Translations under genes and position numbers: made by a program | Shown: piece after piece, positions 27,895 through 42,167 of the stretch | Layout: each line of letters begins with the position of its first letter | Position numbering within the stretch: position 1 is the first letter of the stretch | Notes under the pieces: model-generated | What the model was told of the DNA's origin: nothing | The model's database searches: none | What the model saw: only the letters and a program-made list of their open reading frames with translations | DNA from: Octopus vulgaris | Taxonomy: Eukaryota | Reading direction: 5' to 3' | DNA: 64,000 bases | Assembly: GCA_951406725.2 (NCBI GenBank) | Contig: OX597819.1 | Location: 50,654,001-50,718,000, forward strand

Positions 27895-28115
27895 CACATT
27901 CATATATACATATATATATATACATAGATAAGAGTATATGTGTATATGAGACGAAAATAGTTCAATGCTTTTTACTCATCTCTCCTCCGACACAGAAACG
28001 GCAGCAAAAAAAAGTGAAAAAAATAATAGTAAAATAAATTTATCAATAAGATATTTTCAAATATATAAAAAAAAATAGATAAATAAATAAACAAGTAAAC
28101 AAATAAACCAACAAA

Positions 28116-28800
<685 letters not shown>

Positions 28801-28940
28801 GGCAGCAGTAACAGTATATTAATAATAATATTAAAAAAATGGTACAAGATAGAGTTAAGAAACATGTTTGTCAGACACACACTCACGTACACAGACATGT
28901 GCATACACATACATGCACAGACACACATATTCATACGTAT

Positions 28941-29024
<84 letters not shown>

Positions 29025-29231
29025 GTGTGTATGTGTATGCATAGATAGATAAATAGATAAAGAGACACACACACACCAACACAAACACACACACAAACAC
29101 GCACACACATACATATTCGTTTTCTATCAGTTCATCACTTCATTTTATTAATCGTTTCAAGCCTTTTTTTCCTCATCCTTATTCATTAAACTTTCTTCTT
29201 GCATATATATATATAAGTATGTGTGGTGTGT

Positions 29232-29269
<38 letters not shown>

Positions 29270-29769
29270 TGTGTGTGTGTGTGTATGGTGTGTGTTTGTG
29301 TGCATATGTACATATATGTATGTATATACACGTATATATTGAGAGGGAAAGTGTGTGAGAGAGAGAGAGAGAGTGTGTGAGAGAAATATAGAAAAAGCGT
29401 GAGAGAGAGAGAGTGTGTGTGAGAGAGTGTGAGATACAAAAAGCGTGGGAGAGAGAGAGTGAAAGTGAGAGTGAGTCGGACATATAGCAAGGAAGTGGAA
29501 GCCACTTTGTTCGGTGAACAATATTGATTGCTTATATTGTCACAAGAGCTCACATTTAAACCAGATAGATATAGCAGTGGGTTGATTTGGCACTCATTAA
29601 TACTACCGTGGTTTTTGTTATGTTTCGCCTAACTTCCCGTGTGTAATTTATCTCAAAGTCAACTTTGACAAGTTTTACTCTGAGAACTTAAAGGAACGTA
29701 ATTTAAAATATTGTCCCGAAATTCATTCACTCTGCTCTGTGTTTGGAGAAAAACGTATTAATACTGCTT

Positions 29770-30135
29770 TTAAATGTTAGCACAAGACCCGCAATTTATG
29801 GTGTAAATCGATTGCATCAAACCCAATGCTCAACTGGTGGCTTTTTTATCAACCCTTGGAAGGATGAATGGCATAGATGGCTTCGGTGGAATTTGAACTC
29901 AAAACGTAAAGAGGATGAAACGCCGTTAAGCATTTAACTCGATGTGCTAACGATTCTACCAGCTCACCACCTTAGAAGAATAATAATACTGATTTCAAAT
30001 TTTGGTACAAGGCCAGCAAGACTGGGGGGAGGAAATAAGTTGATTACATTGACCCCCAGTGATCAACTGCTACTTATTTTATCGAAACTCGAAAGGGTGA
30101 AAGGCAAAGTCGACCTCGGCGGCATTTGAGCTCAA
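29770..30135 (-). mobile_element. Two tandem diverged SINE family B copies
   Basis: 'gaaaggcaaagtcgacctcggcggcatttgagctca' and 'tgctaacgattctaccagctcaccacc'. Confidence 0.85.
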
Positions 30136-31519
30136 AACGGACGCAAGACGAATGTTAATGTTAAAGACTCTATATTGCTATTATCATATAACGTATACAG
30201 AGAAGTTGAGCTGTGATGTTATTGTAAATTGTAAACAGGGCTTAAATGCTTATTAAAATATTTAGTCTAACTTCTGGCTCAACTAAGCTTTTAGATCATC
30301 TTTTCAAACAATCGGAATAAATAGGCTTTTTAGCAAAAATTCTATACTAATTCAAGCTAAAAATTGTACTGCATGACTTCTGCGCTCGTTATATCTACCA
30401 TTCAGCTATGATGAGCCGATTGATTAAACAATAGTAACCACAACAGCAGTAGTACCAATTAGCTCATTCAAAATATGTTTATAACATGTTTCCACTCCTA
30501 AAGGCAAATTCACTGCAGTTACTCTGGGGGGAAAATTCTCTCTTGTAGTTAAAAGGTGCCAAAACACCATATCTTCCCAATGCTTCCCTCTAGCAAATTC
30601 CTAGACGCACATTTCTGATTCATTAGCCTTTCTCAATGGGAAATACCGAAGAGAGATAACTCTGGACAAATTCAATGCCGTAACTTTAATTAATAATCGT
30701 TCAACATGAGTGACTGATTTGCGCCAGTGGACTGCATGGTCGGAATAAAAAATAGCAGCATCATCGCCAAGCATTGATTAAGAATAAACAAACTTTAGGT
30801 TAGTTATCACAAACATATTTTAACTAACCTAAAAGAGTAACAACATATGAACTGTATGGATGTTTTTTAAGATCAGAACGTGTATATTCGCTAGGTCCTC
30901 CTTTCAATCGATATTTCTTCCTTGCAAACCTGATAGATCTAATGTCGTTCTTACTTGCTTTCTCTATGTGCTTGCTTTATGAGGCTGGGGTCATCTCAGG
31001 TTTGTGATCCCAGAGCCGACTCGGTCCATCGGTGCTCTCCATTGCTGGTGGTCTCATACCAGCCCCCAGTGCATCGTACGTCGAATTAAATGTGATCCAG
31101 CACGAGTCTCTTGGGAATGGTAGTTCCTTTCTGACATAATCCAGAGTTGTTATATTGTTCTATTTATAGTAATAGTGGTGGTGGTGGTAGTAGTTCTATT
31201 GCCTGTTGCTTTTCAACCCTAGGTTAGCCATAAACAAATAGACTAATGATTAAATATATCCCGGCCGTGACCATCTCGTCAATTCCCTGACATGCACAAG
31301 GAACCCAAGTCTACTTTGTTCAGTGTGCCATTCTCTAAGAAAACAGTTTGGTTTGAAGGAGCTTTGGCAGCCGTCCCTCACAGACCACCTAAATGATAAC
31401 TCGTTAGATATTAGTAAGGGTAGCAGTGATGAGAGTGGTGACAGTACAGGTTCAAGTGGTGCTGGTAGCGACGGTAGTGAGTATAGTTTGTATACAAGTT
31501 TGTATACAAGTTGATGGTA

Positions 31520-32111
31520 TGAATGACAATGATTGTAATGGTGATTGTTGTGATAGTGATGGTGGCGGTGGCTGTGGTGGTGATGACGGTTGTGGTGGTG
31601 GTGATGGTGGCGCTGATGGTAGTAGTGGTGGTGATGGTGGTAGTGGTGATGGTGGTGGTGGCGATGTTGGCTGTGGGGGTTGTGGTGGTGACGGTTGTGG
31701 TGGTGATGGTGGTGGTGTTGATGGTGGTGGTTGTGGTGGTGGCTGTGGTGGTGGTGGCTGTGGTGGTGGTTGTGGTGGTGGTGGTTGTGGTAGTGGTTGT
31801 GGTGGTGGTGGTGGTGGTTGTAATGGTAGTGGGTGTGGTTGTAGTGGTGTTGATGGTGGTGGTGGTTGTGTTGATAGTGGTGATAATGTCGATGTTCATG
31901 ATTGCGATTGTGGTGATGGTGGTGTCAGTAGTAGTGATGGTAGTAATGGTGTCGGTGAGAGTAGTAGAGGTAGCAGTAAATAGTGGTCGCGGTCATACGA
32001 ATGGTGACGATGTGATAGTGAGTGTGGGATTAGCAATATTGATGGTGGCGGTAATTGTCACTGCACTGGTGGCTTTGCTTTAATTGATGACGGTGATGAT
32101 GGCAGATACAG

Positions 32112-32169
<58 letters not shown>

Positions 32170-32258
32170 AATGATGGCGATGATAGTGATGGTGGTGGTG
32201 GTGATGTTGGCAGTGGTGGTTGTGGTGGTGATGGCGCGGACGACGACGACAACGACGG

Positions 32259-32301
<43 letters not shown>

Positions 32302-32574
32302 AGTGAGGCAGGTGGTGTTCGGTAGGGAAGGGGCGGTGGTTTTGGCGGTAGAAATCATAATGGCGGCGGAAGAAATATGAACACTTAACGTTGACGTGGA
32401 TGTCAAACTCGAGTAATGACTCAAGAAGAAGACGACGGTGAGGAGAATGACAGACGAGGATGACAATGTTGACAACGACGACAACAACGGTGTTGATGAC
32501 GACGGCGATGGTCATGTTGAGATAACGATAACCACAACAGCGACAATGATGACGCCGACGATGATGGTGGCCGA

Positions 32575-32606
<32 letters not shown>

Positions 32607-33113
32607 GGAGGAGGAGGAGGAGGAGGAGGAGGACAGCGACAAGGATGATGATGATCATGAAGATAATGATGATGGTGATGATGAGGACGATGATTGGTGG
32701 TCGTGAGGATGATGATGATGATGACGAGGAGGGCGATGATTGGTGGTCTTGAGGATGATGATGATGATGAGGGCGATGATTAGTGGTTGGGAGGATGATG
32801 ATGATGAGGAGGAGGAAGAGGAGGAGGCGGAGGAGCAAGAGGATGACGATGAGGGTGATGAAGACGACGATGACAACAATGATGATGATTGCAACAGCTT
32901 CAATAATCATGATGCAGACGGCGTTGATGGGAGTGATGTCTGGCGGTAGATTTGGAAAAATGGTAAATGTAATGCTGATGCCGATGCTGATGATGTTGAT
33001 GACGTTGGTGTCGATGGTGATGTTAATGATAGTAGAGTAGTGGTGGTGGTGGCAATTACTGTGGAAACGATGACGACGATGATAATGTCCATGACGATGT
33101 CGAGGCAATGGTA

Positions 33114-33160
<47 letters not shown>

Positions 33161-33361
33161 AATACAGAAAAAAATGGCTAACGATGACAAAATACTGTTA
33201 CCAGGAAACCGCTGACAATACAATGACAGATCATTCACCAATTATACGTCATCTTTTCTCTCACTCTTTCCTTTCTCCCCTCACTCTTTCTTTCTATGTT
33301 TCTTTCTTTCTATCTTCCTTTTTCGCTTTCTTTCTTTCTTTCTTTTTATTTATTTATGTAT

Positions 33362-33396
<35 letters not shown>

Positions 33397-33521
33397 TACA
33401 CTTGTTTATTTGTTTCTGTCTTTCTCAACTGATGCAGTCAAGCGAGATGAAGTGTAGCAAACAATATCAGCAAAAACAGAACGACAACGGCGAGGAGAAC
33501 GACAACACCAACAAAACACAA

Positions 33522-33575
<54 letters not shown>

Positions 33576-33691
33576 GCTACGACCACTGCTGCTGCTGCTG
33601 CTGTTGCTACTACTGCTACTATTACCGCTTCTACAACTACTGTTACGACTACCATCACCATAGCCACCTCCACTGCCATCACCACTGCCAT

Positions 33692-33754
<63 letters not shown>

Positions 33755-33873
33755 CAGTAACGCTATAATTACGACAATAACAACAACAAAAGCTATACTA
33801 CTACTACTACTGCTACTACTACTTCTACTGCTACTGCTGCTGCTACTACTACTACTGCTGCTGCCATTACTAT

Positions 33874-33932
<59 letters not shown>
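31520..33932. repeat. Large cryptic (GGT/GAT/GAG)n and (CTA/CTG)n trinucleotide field
   Basis: Direct inspection. All six frames are open with homopolymer peptides. Confidence 0.9.
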
Positions 33933-34205
33933 TAATGTGGCCGTAAACAAAAGTGTAGAACTTGCAAGAAAGAAGCGAGTGCGAAGTGATTTATTGTCCA
34001 CTGATAAGCGAGTTCATTCGAAGATTTCAACTGAAGAATTATTTGTTGCGGTGATGGGGCAGGGTGAGGTGGGTGAGTAAGGGGTGGGTGGACAGTGGGG
34101 TAGTGGCGAGTGCGGCGGTGGAAGAATGAAGATGCTCTGACGGCATCAATGATCATCGACAAGACGGCAGGATTCAGTGACAGAAGAGGTACATTAACAG
34201 ACGCT

Positions 34206-34745
<540 letters not shown>

Positions 34746-34976
34746 TGTTTGTCTTCCCCTATATATATCTTATATGTTTTATTTGGTTCAGTCATTAGAC
34801 TGTGGCCATGCTCGGTCACCGATTCGGTTTCGAGCTTCTTTGCTCATAGTCTGTCGCGAACACCTGCAGTGCTACACCGATAACCAGCTGGCAGAAGATC
34901 TACGTGGGGTTAAACTAGTAAATAACATGGAACAAACACATTGGTGTGGATATTAACTTAACTTGTTAGTATAGCT

Positions 34977-35406
34977 GTATTGTTGGCATCCTTTTTGTCT
35001 CGGGAGACAATGGAGTTGCGCATAAAGTAGTCTAGTCCGGCTTTTACATTTCATGTCCTGATACATTTCCTGCTATAGCTGTGTAGTCCTATCCTGGACA
35101 AACACTCCCTCTGGCAGGTACCGCAAATGTTCCTGGCTGGTTGTAATGCCATAGTTTCTTGTTGACGTCTTTTCTTGTCTTTCCATTTCTCCTCTCTCTC
35201 TCTGACACTCCTTTGTATTCCCTCTGTTACGGTACGTCGCCAGTCTCCACGGTTGCCGGCAACTGCCTCCCAACCGCTAATATTGATGTTGCAGGCCTTC
35301 ATGTCCCTTTTACAAACATCCTTGTAACGTAAGAAGGTCTACCCACAGACCTAGTACCCCTAGCAAGCTCTCCGTAGAGTATGTCCTTGGGGATTCTGCC
35401 ATCTTT

Positions 35407-35408
<2 letters not shown>
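34977..35408 (-). mobile_element. RTE-clade LINE, 5'-truncated 3' end
   Basis: DGRIPKDILYGELARGTRSVGRP..RYKDVCKRDMKACNI..WEAVAGNRGDWR...CGTCQRECLSRIGLHSYSRKC*, followed by the RTE-type tail 'tccattgtctcccgagac..aaggatgccaac'. Confidence 0.92.
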
Positions 35409-35448
<40 letters not shown>

Positions 35449-35533
35449 AGGTATGTCATATTTTCCGTTTGTTGTCTTTTTATTTAATCCTGGAAATAAT
35501 ATTTATTTAACGCACTCACTCATTCATTTTTAC

Positions 35534-35597
<64 letters not shown>

Positions 35598-36490
35598 TCG
35601 AAATTGCAAAGATAATCTGGAATTCGACTGAGGAAAGAAAACTCCTAATGTTCCGTCCTTGTTTTCTTTGTATCGTCTATCTGGATGTTTTGTTGTCCCT
35701 TTTTTGTATCACCAAGCTCTCTGTCTGAATGTTTTGCGGTCTTGTCCCATTTTGTATTGCATATATAGCGCGGCGTACATACACTTCGGTCTCTTATATG
35801 TAAGTATATATTTATCTAAATCTTGTATGACTCTATTCTTTTATTCTTTCCTTCCTTCTTTCTATCAGCCCTTTCGCGCTTACATCCTTCATTCCACTCT
35901 TCGTTCTTTCGTTTCCCTTCTCTCACATTTCCTTGCCTTATCTTCATGCTCACTTTCCCTCCTCTTTTCACTTCACTGTGTCCCTGTCATTTTTTCTCGC
36001 CCCTCCTTATTTCTTCTGTCCATCTGCCTCTACCTCTCTCTCTTCTCTCCCCATGTGACCGGTGTTTGGCCAGACCTCATCTTTCATTCTTGATTCGACC
36101 ATATCCGTGCAACTTCTATATTCCTCCCTGTGCATGTGAAATCTTGTATCCTTACCGCAAGGCTTTACTTCCACACACGCCACCTTAATTTAATTCGTCA
36201 TTAGTCGAAAGATACCTGTTGTTATGTTCTGTCATTTGTATTTGTGTAACATTCTCCGTTTTTTCCCCGTCCTTGTTCTCTTATACATTCGCTGCTTTCT
36301 TCCAAGGAATCTAATGCTCATAGCTTAGTTTTTCCTTGGGGCTGGCCAGATTGGAGCAATCTCGAGAATAACCAGTCGAAATTCCAAAGATAATCTGGAA
36401 CTCGACTGAGGAAAGAAAACTCTGAATGACCTACCCTTGTTTTCTTTGTATCGTCTATCTGGATGTTTTGCGTTCTTGTCCCATTTTGTA
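35598..36490 (+). mobile_element. PLE-pLTR-like family D, two tandem copies (35598-35795 and about 35830-36490)
   Basis: Shared block 'gaaatt..aaagataatctggaa.tcgactgaggaaagaaaactc...ttttctttgtatcgtctatctggatgttttg', also at 46575. Flanked by (TA)n. Confidence 0.75.
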
Positions 36491-36705
36491 TATATATATA
36501 TATATATATAAACATACATACACAACGAACCGTTAACGCGAAGCAGTGTTTAGGTATAAGCAGTATTTAAACTAGTTGAAATGTTTTTCACATATTTCAA
36601 CTCCTAAAAAGCAAATAGACTACAGTTACCGCGGATAAAAGAATCTCTCTTATAGTAAAAAGGTGTGAAAACACCGGTTCGGTCAGTGTCACCCTCTATC
36701 AGGAA

Positions 36706-36750
36706 TTTCAGACATCGATGTTTCGAGTCTTTTGACTCTTGTGAATGAGA
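36706..36750 (-). ncRNA. Hammerhead with U3/A8 core at the hairpin apex (G5 mutated)
   Basis: tctca-TTCACAA-gagtc-aaaa-gactc-GAAAC-atcgat-GTC-tgaaa. Perfect 5-bp stem II and a palindromic acatcgatgt. Confidence 0.7.
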
Positions 36751-37014
36751 TTTCTGATAGAGACGACACTGAGCGAACCGGTGTTTTCGCCATGGTAACT
36801 TCAGTGTATTTTTATTTTAGCAGTTGAAATATGTGACACACATAGTTCAACTAGCCTAAATTCTTCTCATTACCTATATACTGCTCCACGCTAAAGCTTC
36901 GTTGTTTACCTCGGTCGAGCGAACTACGAGCGCAAATCAGTCAATGTCTTGACTGGATTATATATAAAGCTACGGCTTTATTAAGTTCGTTCAGAGTTAA
37001 CTCCCTTAGGTGGA

Positions 37015-37060
37015 TCTCATTGACAAAAGTCAAAAGAATCGAAACATCGATGATCGAGTT
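37015..37060 (+). ncRNA. Hammerhead with U3/A8 core, second copy (cleavage triplet decayed)
   Basis: tctca-TTGACAA-aagtc-aaaa-gaatc-GAAAC-atcgat-gatc-gag. Confidence 0.65.
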
Positions 37061-37099
37061 TCCTGATAGGCGGCGTCACACACACACACACACACACAC

Positions 37100-37336
37100 A
37101 TGTATATGTATATATATGTGTGTGTTTGTGTGTCTGTGTTTGTCTCCTCCATCATCGCTTGACAACCGCAGTTGGTGTGTCTACGTCCCCGTAACATAGC
37201 GTTTCGGCATAAGAAATCGATAGAATAATTCAAAGGCTTACAAAGAATAAGTCCTGGGATCGATTTACTCGATTAAAGCCGGTGCTCCAGCATGGCTGCA
37301 GTCAAATGACTGAAACAAATAAAACAATAATAGAAT
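37100..37336 (+). mobile_element. SINE family A, 3' half
   Basis: 'catcgcttgacaaccg...ggtgctccagcatggctgcagtcaaatgactgaaacaa'. Confidence 0.9.
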
Positions 37337-37381
37337 ACATATATATGTGTGTGTGTGTGTATGTGCATATACATACAAACA

Positions 37382-37430
<49 letters not shown>

Positions 37431-37620
37431 TATATAAAAGGGCTTAGTAAAATAAATTACTTTGCCGCATACTGAACTCATTAGAAATAGCAGCCAAAAA
37501 AAACCTTTTTAAAAACTATTTCCAATACTTAAAGAAAATCTCTCTCGTATAGTGTTTGCTCAATTCAACTCACGAAAGTATGAGGGTAGAAACATTAAAA
37601 AATCAAATGCAAAGGTTATT

Positions 37621-37673
37621 TGAGAACGTACGTTTCAAGATTAGTCAAAAACGACACTTCTATCATCAGCTCA
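37621..37673 (-). ncRNA. Intact minimal type-I hammerhead (unit 1)
   Basis: tgag-CTGATGA-taga..tctt-GAAAC-gtac-GTT-ctca. Stem I is tgag/ctca; palindrome aacgtacgtt. Confidence 0.85.
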
Positions 37674-38182
37674 GAACTCCCTGGTTTGGATTTGAAAACA
37701 CTGAAAGTAGGAGCATACCTTTTCGGCTTCCCATCGCCTCTGAAGATCTACTCGAAACTAACAGTGCCAGCAAATTCAAACATGCAAGCGAAGAATTTCT
37801 GCTCTCCCCCTTCCACCAGCGTGGGTTAAAATCAGCAAACAACATGCTTTTTTTTCGGTAAAATCCGAGGCATTAAATAGAGAGAAATGAATTATAATTT
37901 CAACAATTGAGGGTAAAATTAATTAATTAATCAATTTCACCAAGTATTCAGTATGCAAAGGGACCATTTAAGGCGAATTCAAATTATTACATTATATAAA
38001 AGGGCTTAGCAAAATAAATTACTTTGCCGCATACTGAACTCATTAGAAATAGCAGCCAAAAAAAACCTTTTTAAAAACTATTTCCAATACTTAAAGAAAA
38101 TCTCTCTCGTATAGTGTTTGCTCAATTCAACTCACGAAAGTATGAGGGTAGAAACATTAAAAAATCAAATGCAAAGGTTATT

Positions 38183-38235
38183 TGAGAACGTACGTTTCAA
38201 GATTAGTCAAAAACGACACTTCTATCATCAGCTCA
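38183..38235 (-). ncRNA. Intact minimal type-I hammerhead (unit 2)
   Basis: Identical to 37621-37673. Confidence 0.85.
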
Positions 38236-38776
38236 GAACTCCCTGGTTTGGATTTGAAAACACTGAAAGTAGGAGCATACCTTTTCGGCTTCCCATCGCC
38301 TCTGAAGATCTACTCGAAACTAACAGTGCCAGCAAATTCAAACATGCAAGCGAAGAATTTCTGCTCTCCCCCTTCCACCAGCGTGGGTTAAAATCAGCAA
38401 ACAACATGCTTATTTTCGGTAAAATCCGAGGCATTAAATAGAGATAAATGAATTATAATTTCAACAATTGAGGGTAAAATTAATTAATTAATCAATTTCA
38501 CCAAGTATTCAGTATGCAAAGGGACCATTTAAGGCGAATTCAAATTATTACATTATATAAAAGGGCTTAGTAAAATAAATTACTTTGCCGCATACTGAAC
38601 TCATTAGAAATAGCAGCCAAAAAAAAAATATATATATATATATATAATCAAAATAAGCAACAAGAATGACTCCGGTAATTTGCTATGATCGTTTCGTACT
38701 ACATCATTTTATTAAATGTTGTATTACAACAGTTTTAAAATGCTGAGTACTCATTTGAATCTAAATTTTTATTGAA

Positions 38777-38825
<49 letters not shown>

Positions 38826-38926
38826 ATATATAAATATATATATAAAGGAATCAAAGGTGTGTGTATATGTGCTATAACAGATGTACTGTTTATATTTATC
38901 CCACGGCAGCCATATTTTTCGGATAG

Positions 38927-39010
38927 CATTATATATTGTTTCAGTTAGCCTAATATGTTGTAATGCAAGATAGTACTTGATGACATTTGGGAGCTGTAGC
39001 TCATCAGATG
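38927..39010 (-). ncRNA. Decayed hammerhead motif
   Basis: cat-CTGATGA-gcta..long..taact-GAAAC-aatat-ATA-atg. Stem I is cat/atg; stems II and III are imperfect. A further relic (gtact...agtac-GAAAC-gatc) lies at about 38680-38757. Confidence 0.45.
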
Positions 39011-40651
39011 TATAATATATTTCGCAGGAATGTGACATTGTCGAAACATTCAGTCGGAACATCTGTGTGTGAGGGGTTGGCTGTCACTTTTGTTTACTAT
39101 ATATTTCTTAGCTAACTTCTACCTTTGGAATACATAGGGGTAACCTTCTCAATGTGATGTCCATACTTGGCTATACATCATATTTATACACCATCCTCAA
39201 ATTCACAGGAAAGATACAGGCGTATAAATTTTTGTGATATGCACAATTTCTCTTTTACGTTTTTCTTGAGGTACGCAGTTATAGTTCATGTGGTTACACG
39301 GTTCTAATACGCGGACGTCAAAGAAAACTAATGAAATAGTAGTCTGACATTGTGATTAATTTTAATCCTCTCAAACTCTATCTTAACTGATAGCAAATGG
39401 AATCAGAATGTTTCCCTGAAATGGGGTGGATTTTACAAGATCAGTTGGAGGCAATACAGTTGAGGCGTAGCTCAAGTCCCCGCTATCTCTACTTTTGAAA
39501 ATCATGGTATTATGAAACCGGTTATTATAAAGACGTCTTCCTAATGACTCCGAGCACATTTCCACACACATGTACACACACGCATACACACACATTTATG
39601 TGTACACATGTGAGTGTGTGAATTTGTATGTGTACGTAAGAATGTGTGTGAGTGTGTGGTGTACGAACGCTTCGTATAGAGTTATTTCGATGATCGATTA
39701 TAAGATACCACTTCGAGAATTTAATGTCATTTGTACCAGAATTAATTAAAATCTTTGATCATTTTTGTTATAAATTTTTTCACTTAATTTTTGTATTCAA
39801 GTTCGTTTTCATCATCGATACCAATACAATCAGATGAAAATTTTATCTTAAAATAATAAAATAAACTAAAATATAAAAAAACACCCTCAATATTTGGTGC
39901 TAGTTAATTGTTCGGCCTGAATAAAAAAAAAAAGACAAAACATACTTGACATATACTTTTACTGTTTTATTCTTTCATTTATTTTGTTCATTGATATGCG
40001 GCCATCTGAGTGCAAAGTTATCAAGAGCTTTAATCGATTAAATCAATTTAAGTTTGGCAATGATTATAACCACTTTATAAGGACGAAAGGCAAAGTGATT
40101 CTGCACGCAAAGAGATGCGATCAGCAGAAGATAAAAAAGATGTAACGAAGTATCTGACGGTATTATTGTTTTGAGTTTTATCGCTTTACCTATTATGGCA
40201 TCTACGTACATATATATATACATACGTGTGTGTGTGTATCTATTAATATTAATGTCTCTCACTACACGGGTAGATCAGCTATTGGCGCTAAAGGAAGATG
40301 TATGCAGCACATGCACTCCTTTAGGTATAGAGACAAGGAAAACTTCATAACCATGTCGCACTTTATCTGGAAATTTTGACACGACATTTCGAACATCCCA
40401 TGGATTATTCTTAACTGCCCACACCCTCTTTTTTCACGTGGAGCAAATCATTTCCGAGTCTGCTTTCTCTAACCTGCTCACAGTCCAGCCCAGAATGTCT
40501 ATCAAAACAAAAACTTATTTTCATCAGAGTTACTCTCTGTTTATGAATTTCACACAATATCACGGACTTGCTGTTTCACGCATTCTGACAAGATATATAG
40601 TTCCGGCTACTTCTAGAGATTCCAGCCTACAATCTATCGTACCTGCCGCGA

Positions 40652-41149
40652 AATTTTTTCGCACGAGAATTCCGGACCCCAGTAATGAACTCATTTGTAT
40701 ACAGCCAATCAGAGCTCACCTTGACCATGTCAAGTTAACAAACACACTCTACCAAGTAAACTCAAGACGAAGAACGGTGTTGTAAGTCGACTGATCGCCC
40801 AAGTTATGCCTGATTTTAGGAAACAGGTAATTAGTTAGATTTGCATCTATACCTATTATGGGATTTTGTTAGGGCCCCACATGGGTAGAGGGTGATGTTC
40901 TAGAAACTTACTGTTTTACAAAGTAAACAACATAAATAACTGCGCTGAGGCAGCCATGGTGGAAAAAAGAACAAGAACTACAAGCATTATTAAAAGAGAA
41001 AAAAAGCATGGTCATTCCTTACCCAAGTGACTTTATCTTATCGTCCATCACTTGTTATGCGCTCGTAATTAGTTTGATAGTTGAGCTCTGCCTGACTGTA
41101 TGCAAGTGAGTTCGTAACTGGGGTCCGGAACTCTCGTGGGAAAAAAATT
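40652..41149. mobile_element. MITE-like element with diverged TIRs of about 67 bp
   Basis: 'aattttttcgcacgagaattccggaccccagtaatgaactcatttgtatacagccaatcagagctca' matches the reverse complement at 41082-41149. No TSD resolved. Confidence 0.7.
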
Positions 41150-42127
41150 GGTGTACCGGCCACGCAAAATTCATGTAACCTGATACCATCGAATCGGTTA
41201 CTCTCGTACGTGGTAGCTGTTCTTGCTGAAAAGCCACATCCTACGGAACGTTTACTCTCTGATGCCAGCATTTTGTCTGCCCTATCACACTTAGTATCAG
41301 ATATGAAGAATTGATGGTGCTGAAATATCGCACCTACCTTACAGAATACTGACTAAATGACACCAGCTTCTTGCTTCCTCCATCACGTGGAGGTGACAAT
41401 AAAAGATCTAACGTCACTATTGTAGTAAGAAGAACCACGTTATTTGAACAAGCCCCTAACTGGATTCGAGTAATTTGAAATGAATTATTTGCAGAAGGGA
41501 GCTACGCACTGTCCAACCCGGAAATTGAACCCAAGACATTTTGACCTTGAGCCGAACTCACTAACCAACAGGACACGCGACATACACGAAAATAAAACAA
41601 TAAAACTGTCTAATAACAAGGGCGCTTATACGTGGTCACTCAACCCGCAAGAAACAATAGCCAAAAAATAATAGGTTGACTCATATCATCCTATCATTCA
41701 GTAATACAAGCGAACACTTTTAACCTAATTTACGATTTGAAAACTGCATTGCATTTTTGCATTTGCCAATGGTGAATGCTCCACATATTTTCCTTCTTTT
41801 CTACTTGGATTGACACAACTCTGTACAATGTACGTCCCTTAAAGTTCGTGCTATTACGATATCCCCAATAATCACTCTCGAAATTTTCATTGCTTCCTTT
41901 TACTATCACTAAATAATATGGTCACTGCTTAAAAACAGGATTGATACATATGTCCTTTCACACGGTGTCATGCTTTCTATTTTTCGATGCTATTCTCAGC
42001 TATCTTCTCGATACATTAACTCTTAGGTGGTGTCTCCGGCATTCCATTTAAATTAATTCGCAAAACACGTATATTTTTGCCGGCGTATTCCCAGATCTCA
42101 GATTATATTCCTACAGTTGAGTTCACC

Positions 42128-42167
<40 letters not shown>

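Larger units (their letters stand above)
36522..37078. mobile_element. HHR element: fold-back (arms 36522-36710 and 36746-36905) plus one monomer of about 310 nt on the + strand
   Basis: Imperfect inverted arms of about 160 bp. The post-cleavage sequence 'gag.ttt.ctgatag...g.c.cac' recurs at 36746 and about 37055. Confidence 0.8.
37429..38627 (-). mobile_element. 2.1 tandem copies of a 562-bp non-coding HHR-bearing unit in (TA)n (retrozyme/pLTR-like)
   Basis: Units start at 37429, 37991 and 38552 and are nearly identical. The ORF track shows duplicates offset by 562. Confidence 0.92.

Noticed and set aside
31500-31983. Gly/Cys-rich 185-aa ORF resembling a keratin-associated or cuticle protein
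   Set aside because: It is a frame of a cryptic (GGT/TGT/GAT)n tract, and the other frames are equally open.
37738-37772. Plus-strand CTGAAGA-tctactc-GAAAC in the 562-bp unit (possible ambisense ribozyme)
   Set aside because: No stem II pairing, GUG is not a cleavable triplet, and there is no stem I.
37556-38441. Duplicated 101-aa and 107-aa ORFs in the 562-bp units
   Set aside because: Non-ATG start, antisense to the HHR, no recognisable motif, and the C-termini differ by an indel.
40438-40785. Non-repetitive 115-aa ORF as a possible host exon
   Set aside because: Non-ATG start, overlaps a MITE TIR, and has no recognisable domain or convincing splice sites.
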